Shown: positions 37,640 through 50,446 of the stretch, piece by piece
How positions within the stretch are numbered: the stretch's first letter is position 1
How the letters are laid out: every line of letters begins with the position of its first letter
Assembly (NCBI GenBank): GCA_951406725.2
Contig: OX597814.1
Coordinates: forward strand, 217,930,001 to 217,994,000
Length of the DNA: 64,000 nucleotides
From: Octopus vulgaris
Taxonomy: Eukaryota
Reading direction: 5' to 3'
Position numbers and translations under genes: made by a program
The notes under the pieces: generated by a model
The model's input: the letters and a program-made list of their open reading frames with translations, nothing else
What the model was told of the DNA's origin: nothing
Databases searched by the model: none

Positions 37640-39405
37640 AATGTCAGCTCCAGCTCGTATCTGAGCATTGGATGTGTCAGTTTCTATCCAGTCTCCTCAG
37701 CAGATGTTTATGCAGAATGTGACTTTGGAGTCCAAATCGGTGGTGAAAGAGTCGTGGGAAGAATTCACACAAGATGGTCGGTGCAGGTTGAGGATGTTGA
37801 AGAGGAGACAAGAAGGCCCCATTCGCTGGACGTGACCTGCCCAGCAGAGACGATGGCGAAGAATGGTGGCTTCAACACTTGGTAAGGAGGTGCAGCAAAG
37901 AGCCGCCGTGTTGTTGGTAATGTGATTTTCCCATTGAATATTGAGGATCTGTCATAACTGAGATTGCTGGAAGCATTCCAGGTGCTTAAAATCATGGTGG
38001 TACAGCGTCCAAGTCTCACAAGCAGAGAGAAGAGTTGGGAGGACAATGGTACGGAAGACCATGATCTTTGTCTGGAGGTTCAGCACATGATTAAAGAATA
38101 GACATTGGCTGAGTCTACTGAGGGCAGAGTGGGCCGCCCTGATCTGGTTCTCCATGTCCTTTTCACATGTGGGGGTTTTCAAACGAATACTTCCAAGGTA
38201 TGAGAAGTGTTCAACTTCTAGGGGTTGGCCAGTGATGCTAATGTTTGTGCATGAGTGGACTGTTCTAGCCTGGTGCAGGTGGGATCAGGGTCTTGGCCTT
38301 TAATATGTTTACCTGCAACCCAAAACATTCATAAGCCACATTTTAAAGATCAGCTGTCCTTTGTAGGCCATCTACAGTCTGGCTTGGGGGGTCATCGTCA
38401 CAGGCACACTGCATCTCACAGACTGAGATGGTGGAGATCTTTGTCTTTGCGCAGAGACATGGGAGATTGAAGAGTCTGTCATCCAAGCGATAATGCATGT
38501 TCATGGAAGGTGAGTCCAGTGGGATTTCATTGAACATGGCAGCCATGTACAAAGAGAAACAGGTTGGTGCCAGGACACATCCTTGCTTAAGACCCCTAGT
38601 GATAGGAAATGGGTTTGTAAAGGAATTTTGATGGTATAACCTACCCATGATGCCATTATGAAGGGAACGGACCAGGGCAATGAAGTCCTCCAAACATCCA
38701 AACCGAGTAAGGACAGCCCACACTGCAGGATGGGAGACCATGTCAAAGGCTTGCTTTAGGTCCCAGAACATGAACAATGCAGGTGGTTGTTGTTGTTCTT
38801 GACACTTCTCCTGAAGTTGGCAGGCACAAAAAATCATATCAGTTGTGCCTCAAGAGGGTCGAAAGCCACACAGGGATTCAGGGAGGACGTCTTCCGCAAG
38901 GATGAGGAGGCAACTGAGTAGGATACAGGCAATGATGATCTTGCTTGCAATACTCAAGAGTGAGATGCCCCGATAGTTGTTGCAATCCCCTCAGTCTTCC
39001 TTCTTGTAGATGGGGATGATAGTTGCATTGCAGAAATTATTCGGGAGGATCTTGCTTTCCCAGATCTTGAGGATAAGGAGCATCAGATGACTTCTCAGCT
39101 CAGGACCTCCATGCATGAAAAACTCAAATGGGATGTTGGCTAGTCCTGGAGATTTTCCTGGCTTTGTGCACTCAAATGCCTTGCTGAACTCGTGGGGCAA
39201 AGGCAGCAGAGACAGCTGTGGGGTGTTTTGGAGGAGGTCGTCAGAAGTGCATGAGTAGTCATTAAGTAGGCTCTCGAAATGAGACTTCCAGTGATTGAGA
39301 ATTCCTTGGGTGTCAGTTATTGTAAAGCCAGCTGCTTTCTTCAGGCTACCCACTGATGACCTTATGGGGGCCGAAGATCTCCTTGGTTGTGACGGAAAAG
39401 TGGCA
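37640..39405 (-). mobile_element. RTE/BovB-like LINE reverse transcriptase, decayed and 5'-truncated
   Basis: KPGKSPG..NIP.E, IIPIYKK, QLQEKCQEQ, DLKQAFDMV, GLKQGCVLAPTCFSLY, VLPTLLSACETWTLY across several frameshifted ORFs. Confidence 0.93.
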
Positions 39406-40180
39406 CAATATATACAGACACATACACACACATACAAGTAGATGTACATGCATACATATACATATATACACATGGATCACCCTGATTACTGCTTTCTATG
39501 AATCATTGCAATCACAGAGATGTCTTAATTAATATCACTATTTCTACAACCAACACTACTATTTGTATTTATTCAGTAAACAGAAGAAAATTGAACATTG
39601 TGTGAGAAAACTTTTGAGCCATGTTGTAAATTTATTTTAAAAGTGAAAGGTTAAAAATTTCAACAAAATTTTTATGAGCGAACAGTGAAGTAACCCACAA
39701 TGAATATAACTGAAAAACTCGGTGTAGATAATATGCATACGAACAGTGCAGTAGAGGCATTCCAAAGATAACAGGTTAACATGAAAGATGAGAATAACAT
39801 TTAGAAATGACCTTAGCAGTACTAAAATTTTAATTATATCTCCTTTGACTATAACATCCTTTTCTTCCTATTATTATTTTATGCTTGCTTTGATCTTATT
39901 CTTTTTCAGAATCAGCACCAAAAAAGGCCGCTGTCAGCTACAAAGGTGGTGGTCGCCTCAAGTGAAAATATGAGTGAAAATTTTGAAACATTTTGGAAAA
40001 TACTAAATTAGTTCATTTAAGGTCATTTTCTTGCCATTTAGTTTCAGAAGATGATTTAGTATTTCTAGTGACTGAGATACAATTATTAAAGGAAGTATAA
40101 CATGAATTACAACTAGAAATCAGAATCAGTTTTAGAATCTAATACTTTACTAAACTGATTCCTGCAAAATGTCTAATGAA

Positions 40181-40580
40181 CTCTCTCTTTTACCTGTTTC
40201 AGTCATTTGACTGCGGCCATGCTGGAGCACTGCCTTTAATCGAGCAACTCGACCCCAGGACTTATTCTTTTTGTTAGCCCAGTACTTATTCTATCAGTCT
40301 CTTTTTGCCGAACCGCTAAGTGACAGGGACATAAACACACCAGCATCGGTTGTCAAGCAATTCTAGGGGGACAAACACAGACACACACACACACACACGC
40401 ATACATCTATATATATACATATGTACAACGGGCTTCTTTCAGTTTCCGTCTACCAAATCCACTCACAAGGCTTTGGTCGGCCCGAGGCTATAGCAGAAGA
40501 CACTTGCCCAAGATGCCACGCAGTGGGACTGAACCCGGAACCGTGTGGTTGGTAAACAAGCTATTTACCACAAGCCAACT
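40181..40580 (-). mobile_element. SINE family A
   Basis: Reverse-complement match. Confidence 0.9.
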
Positions 40581-40812
40581 GTTCAACTACACTAATAAAA
40601 CATAATCCTAGAACTATTATCTCGAACTTCTGATCTAGAAAAACTCAAAATATATCATTGGCAACAAACCTAGATGTAACAACAACTGCTTTGCTAAAGT
40701 AGTGCCATTGATGAACGAAAGAACTACTTGCGTTGCCGACAGTATTAACTAATAACAACTATGAGGGTTGCTTATGACAAGTAACAATAAAAAGAATCCT
40801 GTTCGGCTTTAA

Positions 40813-41033
40813 CCCTTTAGTGTTCACATTATTCTGCCCAAATTTATGCTTTTTAATCCACATTGTTTTGAACTAATCATGCATTATCTTGTAGCTATGA
40901 GATTTTGATGAGGTAGCTGTTAATTTTGAAAACGATATTGTAGGGCTGGTGTGAGAGACCAGATCTGACCAGTTTGAACATAAAACAGGCAGAATACTTT
41001 TGGCCGGATATGGCCGGTTTAAATGCTAAAGGA
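40813..41033. mobile_element. piggyBac-type MITE, family 1
   Basis: TTAA TSD and close match to 15899-16119. Confidence 0.88.
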
Positions 41034-41433
41034 TTAAATGAAAAACACAACAGTGATGTCAGTGTTATGCAAATTGCAGTAGTATTGCACATGAGCTGAT
41101 CAAAGCTGATTTAAGGACAGTAAGTAACTACAGAACCACCTTTTGGTTAGTACAGTACATGACACCTGAGTTTCAATTTTATGGTCGATGATGATGCACC
41201 AAATATTCCAACTGTTAGACAGGGCCTAAGTCCTTCTTACCCACATTCATCAACAGAACCTTCAATCACACAGGAAAATGAACTGTTAAAACATGCATCA
41301 CACACATTCAACCAATGTGTATAATCATCCTCAATCAGTATGGAGCTTAATGAATAACCAGTGAGTTTCTCCTGAGTATTCAACCATCCACTTCTATGCT
41401 ATAAGATCTACCAAGTAAATCTCATCAGCCTTA

Positions 41434-41845
41434 CATCATCATCGTTTAACGTCCGTTCTCCATGCTAGCATGGGTTGGACGTTTCGACCGGGGATCTGGG
41501 AAGCCAGAAGGCTGCACCAGGCTCCAGTCTTATCTGGCAATGTTTCTACAGCTGGATGCCCTTCCTAACGCCAACCACTCCGTGAGTGTAGTGGGTGCTT
41601 TTTATGTGCCACCTGCACTGGTGCCAGGCGAGGCTGGCATCGGCCACAGTCGGATTGGTGCATTTCACGTGCCACCTGCATGGAAGCCAGTCGAGGCGGC
41701 ACTGGTTTCGGCCACGATTCAGATAGCGCTTTTTACGTATCTCCAGTCCAGGGGTCCTGGTATCTGCCGGGTGCCAGTCATAGGATTAGTTCAATTTCGA
41801 TTCCGATTTCACTTGCCCCAACAGGTCTTCGCAAGCAAAGGGGGG
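41434..41845 (-). mobile_element. RTE 3' UTR fragment, young subfamily
   Basis: Nearly identical to the 3' part of 59780-60671. Confidence 0.9.
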
Positions 41846-43184
41846 TTAACAATAATCTGTTCTCTGTTTTAAAACTATAATAATCTTACTGAACATTAGA
41901 AAATGCTTTCCAAGCCCATGTTAGTACAGATGAGATACTTTCACAAATCATTTATAGCAAGTTGGAAGTTGTAACTCACAATATTTAAAATCAAAAATAC
42001 CTGGCACCAGTAATGATTGCAATTAATGTTTTTACCTTGCTAAAGTAAATAGCAACAATACCCTTAACTTACAATGTTCAGGTTGAGAGTTCAGAACTCA
42101 CTCTTTGGCTCTTGTAACTTTTTTAACCCTTTCCAAGCCAGGAAATGCTTCTAATTATGGAACATATAAGTGTTACAAAAACAAATTTGGCAACAATTAA
42201 TAGACATTTTTGTAGTTATATATATTGTATATAATAGGAGCTCAGGCAAAACACAAGCATTCTATCTAGCAGATAAATAATTAGAACTGCAGTGGCTCTC
42301 ATGATTGAACAGAATGTCATCAGAGAGAGGGGGAGAAGAGAGAAAGGAGAGGAAGGGGACAGAAGAGAGAGAGAGAAGGAGAAGAAAGATAGAGTGTTAA
42401 AAATGAAAAGGAGAAACAGAAAAATAGTGACAGAGAAAACAAAAGAAAAAGAGAGAATAACAAAGAAAAGGAAAAAGAAAAGAGAAAGAAAAATGAAAGA
42501 AATTAATAAGGTTTTTTTTTTTTTTTTTTGCTTTTTCGTTTTCTTGCTACTCTGAATAACTACTCAAAAATTAATATGGATGTAACTGAGTCAACTTTAT
42601 TGTTTCAAAATCCAATGTACGTCATCACTTTTGTCACTAGATCATTAATCAGTTTTAAAAATATAACGATTATTATCATCATTATCATTATTATTAATAA
42701 TAATAATAATCTAAAGAAGGGTGAGGGGAGAAATTTTTTAATTATAAAGAGTTCTAATACCTTACAGCCTAAAAATATAATCAGCTAAAAATAGTTATGG
42801 AGATGCTTGAATTTCAAATTATGTTTATTTTTCCAGAAGTATTTTAACATGTTTATAGATTATTTCACACACCATACACTGGACCTTCTATCTAAACCAC
42901 CCACAGAAATGTCTCTAGTTTGGGTGCAACTTTTACTGTCTAGTTCAATTTTATTTTATGTCAATTTCTCAAATTTCTCTCTTCATCTTCCTTCTTTCTC
43001 AAACACATTTCAAGATGATCCTTTATGTTGAATTACAGTTTCGATTCTTCCTTCCTCAATAAATTTTAATTTTCAATTAATAATTTTTTTGCAAATAATA
43101 TTGCCTGTTTTGAGCAAAATGAAAAGATAGTGTCATTATTAGTATTAACGTAATTGTTATTTAAGAAAATGCTACTTAATACAT

Positions 43185-43625
43185 CGGTTTCAAATTTTGG
43201 CACAAGGCCAGTATGTTCAGAGGAGGGGGCTAGTTGATTAATTACATTGACCCTAATGCTCAACTGGCACTTAGTTTATCAACTCTGAAAAGATGAAAGG
43301 CATAGTCAACTTTGGCAGAATTTGAACTCAGGATGTAAAGACAGATGAATGCTGCACCCCATTTTGCCCCACATGCTAATGATCCTACCAGCTTGCTGCC
43401 TAACTGTTATTTAATATATTGGTTTCAAATTTTGGAACAAAGCTAGCAAGTTTGGGGGAAGAGTAAGTTGTTTACATCAATCCCCGTGCTCAATTGGTAC
43501 TTATTTTTTCAACCCTGAAAGGATGAAAGACAAAGTCAACCGTGGTAGAATTTGAACTCAGAATATAAAGACAGATGCAATACTGCTGAGCATTTTGCCC
43601 GGTGTGCTAATGATTCTGCCAGCTT
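43185..43625 (-). mobile_element. Two tandem decayed family B SINEs
   Basis: Two units (about 43185-43400 and 43420-43625), each GGTTTCAAATTTTGG...TTTGAACTCAG...CCAGCTT. Confidence 0.8.
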
Positions 43626-43665
43626 ACTGTTATTTAAAATATTGAAAACGATTTATTATTGTTGG

Positions 43666-44002
43666 TGAAGGCGCATGGCTCAGTGGTTAGAGCGTCGAGC
43701 TTACGACCGTGAGGTTGTGAGCTCGAATCCCGGACCGGGCTGCGTGTTGTGTTCTTGAGCAAGACACTTTATTTCATGTTGCTCCAGTTCACTCAGCTGT
43801 AGAAATGAGTTGCGACGTCACAGGTGCCAAGCTGTATCGACCTTTGTCTTTCCCTTGGATAACACTGGTGGCGTGGAGAGGGGAGGCTGGTATGCATGGG
43901 TGACTACTGGTCTTCCATAAACAACCTCGCCTGGACTTGTGTCTAGGAGGGTAACTTTCTGGGTGCAATCCCATGGTCTGTGTCGTGACCGAAGGGGGTC
44001 TC
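43666..44002 (+). mobile_element. tRNA-derived SINE family C, full length
   Basis: A-box TGGCTCAGTGG and B-box-like GAGCTCGAATCCC. Body shared with 23634 and 16749. Confidence 0.88.
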
Positions 44003-44892
44003 CGAATTGTTGGAGAATGATGGTTAGCAAGATTACAAAAACACTGGACAAATTGTCTTAGAGCATGTAGTTGTTCCCATTATGTTCCAAGTTCAAATCC
44101 CACTGGTATCGACTTTGTCTTGGGATCAATAAAAAACAGTAGTGGTCAAGTGCTGCAACCAATATTACTGACTATAACCCATCTCAAAATGTGTTACCTT
44201 GTACTGACATTAAAAATACCAGTAGCCAAAGACAAGCTAAGTAGCATAATACTGTTGTTGGATTTTCATCCTTGGTCTAAATAATGAGAGAGAGAGAGGA
44301 GAGGGATAAGGAGAGAGAGAGAGAGAAAAAAAGCTTTCAAAATATGGATTACGAGGACAAGAACTTATGTAGAGTGTGGGCTGTATTGTGTAATACTATT
44401 TTCTGGATTTTTGTGTATTTATTATTGAGTGAGAGAGCAGTGCATGCCATCAAAATGACACTGGGGAAAAATATACAAAGCCGAGTATACCCATCATGTC
44501 TACCCATCTGATAAGGGTACACTAGGCACATGCATGACAACTATGTGTGCGCGACATGGTGATCTCATATCAAGGTAAACAGTGCATGACTTTGCAGTTA
44601 GAATTTTCTTCAGGTTGAGTAGCCCATCCCACTCAAAAGGTCCTTGAATAAGGGTTGTTTAAGGATGTTGAACGAAACACCCATGTTTCCAGAGGTGAAT
44701 TATTCAAACCCCAAAGAATCCCTCTCAACACACGGCTATGATGCTCCCCGACAACTTTTGCTCGTGATCAGAGATGCACATATCGTCAGCCACTAAGGGA
44801 CATGCTCAACTGGTTATGGTCAAACAACTGACAAGCAAATCTGTGGTATTGAGCAGAATATTTGCTGTAGCCCTACTATCATTATTATTAAG

Positions 44893-45090
44893 GTATCAAG
44901 CTGGCAGAATTATTAGCATTCCAGACAAAATGTTTAGCGGTATTTTTCATCTGTCTTTACAGTCCGAGTCCAAATTATACCAGGGTGGACTCTGCCTTTC
45001 ATCCTTTCGGGGGTTGATAAAATAAGTACCAGTAGTGTTAATGTAATCAAATAGATCCTACTCCAGGTCTTGCACCTAACGTAGAAAGGC
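44893..45090 (+). mobile_element. Decayed SINE family B
   Basis: GCTGGCAGAAT...GCCTTTCATCCTTTCGGGGTTGATAAAATAAGTACCAG. Confidence 0.75.
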
Positions 45091-45546
45091 TAATTATTCT
45101 CATTAATATTATAGAAGTGCTGTGAATCATAAAATTAGAAGAAGTCTGACCAAAGAACTTTTGCATTATTTATATCCTTTTATATCTGTGTTCAGATACT
45201 GCCAAGGTCAACTTTTAACCTTCTGGAACCAATAAATAAGAACTGGAGTTGATTTAATTGCCTACACTTCCTTCAAATTTTAAACCTTGTGTCAAAGTTA
45301 ATTATTGCTTTCATCAAACTTGTGTTGACAGAAAAGAAAACATTTTAATCCATCTAGTAGCCATATTAAATGCTTGAAATTTCATGCATTACTGATATAG
45401 ACTAACTTCATCAAAAGTATTTTGAATTAGAGCCAGTTCAATAATTAAAAAAACAGGAACCATTAAAATAAAAATCTATTGAATGGAGTTAGCTTCCAAT
45501 TTTCAATCAATTTAGATTACACTAATTGCAGAGAATAAAATAAAAG

Positions 45547-45643
45547 TGTTGTGTGGTAAGAAGCTTGCTTCCCAACCATATAATTCCAGGTTCAGCCTTG
45601 TGAGTGGATTTGGTAGACGAAAACTGAAAGAAGCCTGTTGTGC

Positions 45644-45699
<56 letters not shown>

Positions 45700-45897
45700 A
45701 TGCATGCATGTGTGTTTGTGTCTGTGTTTGTCACCCCATCACTGCTTGACAACCAATGTTTGTGTGTTTATATCCCTGTAACTTAGCAGTTCAGTAATAG
45801 AGATGGATAGAATAAGTACTAGGCTTAAAAAATAAGTTCTGGTGTTGATTTGTTCCAGCATGGCCACAATCAAATGACTGAAAGAGTAAGAGAGTAA
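45547..45897 (+). mobile_element. SINE family A with internal deletions
   Basis: Family A motifs with two gaps. Confidence 0.8.
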
Positions 45898-46031
45898 ACA
45901 AAAACCTATTTTATTAGGAATATACACTAGTTTCATGATAACCAGCTGTGGTTTTGTACACTAAGTAGATAGCGTATCTTTCAGCTAAGAGGACCAACAG
46001 ATTGTCACAGGTAGTCTGCTGTTCACCAGGT

Positions 46032-46333
46032 CAGTGGTTTCCAAATTTATTTTCTTGTGAAATCATTAGATGATTTTCCAGAAAAATCTCATGACCCATA
46101 TCTATACTTCATAGGCAACTATCCCACCTTCACCTGCCACTCTATTCTAATAAAACATTAAATAAAACAAATAGCTTTAGATAGAGAATTTATTAATTTA
46201 AAAATAATAAAAAACAACTTATTTCAACTAACATTTACTTTAATAATAAAATAAAATTTTCGTAAGTTTAATCCAAATCCCTTATCTTGTAAAGCTCTAG
46301 TATTTTTCATGGAACCCGCATTGAGAAGCACGG
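46032..46333. mobile_element. Possible hAT/Charlie-like MITE
   Basis: Imperfect TIRs CAGTGGTTTCCAA / TTGAGAAGCACGG. Confidence 0.45.
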
Positions 46334-46569
46334 TACTAGGTAATGACTTCACTTTCAATAATAGGTACACATACTTGAATATGTTTAGCCACTGAAAAAA
46401 CACGGAGCAAGTAAGTAACAGACAACTTAAAATCATACCTGTGTCAACTGTTTGTAGATGTAAGGAAACTGATGTTACTAATGCTTTCAAGAAAGCCATG
46501 AACATGCAATATCCTATTTCTCATTTATTCTAAAATACAGGGTTTATAACAAGTCAAAACAGAATATAT

Positions 46570-47152
46570 AGGAGTTGCTGTGTGGTAAGTAGCTTGATTA
46601 CCAACCGCATGGTTCCGGGTTCAGTTCCACTGCGTGGCATCTTGGCAAGTGTCTTCTGCTATAGCCCCGGGCCGACCAATGCCTTGTGAGTGGATTTGGT
46701 AGACGGAAACTGAAAGAAGCCTGTCGTATATATGTATATATATGTATGTATATGTTTGTGTGTCTGTGTTTGTCCCCCTAGCATTACTTGACAACCGATG
46801 CTGGTGTGTTTACGTCCCCGTCACTTAGCGGTTCGGCAAAAGAGACCAATAGAATAAGTACTGGGCTTACAAAGAATAAGTCCCGGGGTCGATTTGCTTG
46901 ACTAAAGGCAGTGCTCCAGCATGGCCACAGTCAAATGACTGAAACAAGTAAAAGAGAGAGAGAGAAAGAGATATAAAGAGAGAGAGAGAGAGATGCAGGC
47001 ATAGCTGTGTGGTAAGAAGTTTGCAACCCAACCATATGGTAATGGGTTCAGTCCTACTTCATGGCTCCTTGGGCAAGTGTTCTCTACTATAGCCTTGGGC
47101 TGACCAGAGCCTTATGAATGGAGTTGGTAAATGAAGACTGAAAGAGGCCCAT

Positions 47153-47185
<33 letters not shown>

Positions 47186-47400
47186 ATGTCTTTGTGTTTG
47201 TTCCCTATTGCGGCTTGACATCTGGTGTTGCTGTGACTACATCCTTGTAACTTAGCAGTTCGGCAAAAGAGACTGACTGAATATGTACCAGGCTTTAAAA
47301 AAAATAGTACTGGGGTTAAATCACTCAACTAAAAAATTCTTCAAGGCGGTACCCCGCCATGGCCGCAATCCAATGATTGAAACCAGTAAAAGACAAAAGA
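46570..47400 (+). mobile_element. Two adjacent family A SINEs (young 46570-46990, older 46993-47400)
   Basis: Two complete head-body-tail units. Confidence 0.88.
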
Positions 47401-47767
47401 TGTGTGTGTGTGTGTGTGTGTGTGAGACATGTTTTAACTGAAGAAGGTTATGTAAACGATGCATTTCCTATTGTATATTACGCAAACCAGTAACGTACAT
47501 ATTAAATGATTTCAAAATATCACTTTATGCCTTGACTTCATTGTTACAACTTATATATGACTCGATGCCAAAACAAACCAGCTAGTCTAGACTCTGCTTA
47601 TGTGGATACTCTAACAACGATTTACAGTAGTTTGTAATATTTAACTCAGGTCAAAAGTTCAGGTACCGTGCACCACCTCTTTGTGTGAGACAAAATTGTT
47701 TGTGTGTGTTATGTATGTGTGTATGCATGCAAACACAGGATATTAAAAACACAAATATAATGTAAAG

Positions 47768-48174
47768 GGCTGTGTGGTAAGTAGCTTGTTTACCAACCAC
47801 ATGGTTCCGGGTTCAGTCCCACTGCGTGGCATCTTGGGCAAGTGTCTTCTGCTATAGCCTTGGGCCGACCAAAGCCTTGTGAGTGGATTTGGTAGACGGA
47901 AACTGAAAGAAGCCCGTCGTATATATGTATATATATATATATATATGCATGTGTGTTTGTGTGTCTGTGTTTGTCCCCCTAGCATTGCTTGACAACCGAT
48001 GCTGGTGCGTTTATGTCTCCGTTACTTAGCGGTTCGGCAAAAGAGACCGATAGAATAAGTACTGGGCTTACAAAAGAATAAGTCCCGGGGTCGAGTTGCT
48101 CGATTAAAGGCGGTGCTCCAGCATGGCCGCAGTCAAATGACTGAAACAAGTAAGTGAGTAAAAAAAAAGAGAGA
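47768..48174 (+). mobile_element. SINE family A
   Basis: Close match to the other copies. Confidence 0.92.
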
Positions 48175-48226
48175 GCATTGTAGTCAGTGCTCTACAAATT
48201 TTAACATTCATAGCCTTACTATCATC

Positions 48227-48269
<43 letters not shown>

Positions 48270-48630
48270 TGATGATTAGCAGGACCCATGAATATTTCAC
48301 AGAATTAATGGTAAACTTATTGGGTTATTTTTGAAAACTTATCCAAAAAAGCTGAAAGTGCAACCTGTGTTGTGTCTGTATCAAAAGATAGTTGCTCATC
48401 TACTAATCAGCGAAAAGCGAAGGAAGTTGGAATACAATGATTACTTAATATACTTTATATACTTAATGCACAATTTTATAGAATTAATACACAGCACTCT
48501 CCCTCTTTCTCCTCCATTCTTTGCCTTACCCTCTTTTTTTCTCTCCTTTTTTTTTTCACTCTTCACCTCTCCCTTCAACTAATCATGTGAAGTGTTACAG
48601 ATGGGCTAAGTAACGGAGGAAAAAAACATA

Positions 48631-48950
48631 TACATTATTTACATTTGACGGATATTTGTCCTCATCTTGTTTGTTGTTGACACGATGTTTCGGCTGATAT
48701 ACCCTCCAGCCTTCATCAGGTGTCTTGGGGAAATTTCGAACCTGGGTTCTCATTCCTAAGCTATTTTTCGATATTATTATTATTATTATTACTATTATTT
48801 AGGTCACTGCTTAGAATCAAACTTGGAATCTTGGGGTTAGTAGCCTGTGCTCTTAACCACTATGCCATATGCCCATGGGCATATGAGGACAAATATCTGT
48901 TAAATGTAAATAATGTACATAATTCCTCGTCTCTTAAATATAGAACTGAA
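48631..48950. mobile_element. Fold-back tRNA-head/hammerhead element, copy 3 (right arm internally deleted)
   Basis: Left arm essentially complete. Centre CATATGCCCA|TGGGCATATG at 48875/6, then a jump via ATG microhomology to the distal right arm. Confidence 0.88.
48679..48724 (-). ncRNA. Minimal type I hammerhead motif, best-preserved copy of the fold-back family
   Basis: Minus strand reads GACAC CTGATGA A GGCTG-GAGGGTATAT-CAGCC GAAA CATC GTGTC. Helices I and II are perfect 5-bp stems and all core residues are present. Loop-less helix III is ACAT, probably ancestral ACGT. Confidence 0.75.
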
Positions 48951-49099
48951 AAAAACAGTTAAAAAAAATTAAACATTTCACTCACTACCACCTCTTCTTC
49001 CCCATCTCTCTTCTCTTCCTCTTCTCCCCTCCTTCAACTAATCCTGTGGAAGCATTACAGACAGGCTAAGTAATGGAGAAACCAGTAGAATTATTAGAA

Positions 49100-49470
49100 G
49101 ATCCTTTCTACTATAGGCACAAGGCCTGAAATTTGGGAAAGGAGAATTGTCGATTACATCAACCCCAGTGTTCAACTGGTATTTATTATACTGACTCTGG
49201 AAGGATGAAAGGCAAAGTCGGCCCCAGCGGCATAATAATAATAATAATAATAATAATCCTTTCTATTATAGGCACAAGGCCTGAAATTTGGGGGAAAGGG
49301 ATAGTCGATTAGATTGACCCCAGTACTCAACTGGTACTTAATTTATCAACTCCAAAAGGATGAAAGCTAAAGTTGACCTCAGTGCAATTTGGACTCAGAA
49401 TGTAGTGACAGGCGAAATACTGCTAAGCATTTTGCCCAGCATGCTAACAATTCTGCCAGCTTGCCCCCCT
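49100..49470 (-). mobile_element. Family B SINE fragments (two units separated by (AAT)n)
   Basis: CCTTTCTA.TATAGGCACAAGGCCTGAAATTTGGG occurs twice, with the GGATGAAAG.CAAAGT core. Confidence 0.8.
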
Positions 49471-49545
49471 TATATAATAATAATAATAATAATAAATAAT
49501 AATAATAATAATAATAATAATGATAATAATAATAATAATAATAAT

Positions 49546-49669
49546 GAACGAACTAGTGAGTTAAGTTTAATGGCCTACCAATGTATACTATGAGTTTCTT
49601 TGCCCTAGGAGTCGGGAAGACACTCGGCAAGAAATGGAAGCAAATTTGAAAGAAGAAGAAAAATCCATA

Positions 49670-49707
<38 letters not shown>

Positions 49708-49829
49708 ATGAACTAGTGAGTTAAGTTTAATGGCCTACCAATGTATACTATGAGTTTCTTTGCCCTAGGAGTCGGGAAGACACTCGGCAAGAAATGGAAG
49801 CAAATTTGAAAGACGAAGAAAAATCCATA

Positions 49830-49870
<41 letters not shown>

Positions 49871-50027
49871 TGAACGAACTAGTGAGTTAAGTTTAATGAC
49901 CTACCAATGTATACTATGAGTTTCTGTGCCCTAGGAGTCGGGAAGACACTCCGCAAGAAATGGAAGCAAATTTGAAAGACGAAGAAAAATCCATAAATAA
50001 TAATAATAATAGTAATAATAATAATAA
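49546..50027. repeat. Three tandem ~125-bp units each embedded in (AAT)n, period 160-166 bp
   Basis: Unit GAACGAACTAGTGAG...AAAAATCCATAAAT starts at 49546, 49706 and 49872, with few differences between copies. Confidence 0.95.
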
Positions 50028-50446
50028 ATCAAATTTTGGAGAAGTAAGGGAACATGCAATTAAGCTGACCAACCCTTCCACCCAACTATACTTCACTGCA
50101 ACTTATTTTATTGACCTTGGAATTATAAAAGGCAAAGTCAATTCTTGTGGGATTTAAACTCAGAATAAAAACAAAATATAATTATAAACATTTTGTAATT
50201 TTGCCATTTATCACCACTAATTAATTTCAGGATCTTAAATAAGGTATAATTGTACTAGTAATGATACAACCATTTCATTTTGTTCAGAATTAATTTTGCT
50301 TAAAGCAAGTTTTATTATTTGCAACAAATGAATTCCAATTATAAAGAAACATTTTAAAGAAAAAAAAAAATGTAATTAATAATAGAAAATTTGAAAAGAA
50401 AGTTGAAATCTGGTTAGGGTGTATACTTAAAACAAGAAATACATTT

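Noticed and set aside
44400-44872. GC-richer block that looks like an interspersed repeat (similarly 35600-35935 and 62050-62420)
   Set aside because: Single copy in the window with no diagnostic termini or protein motif, so it cannot be classified from sequence alone.
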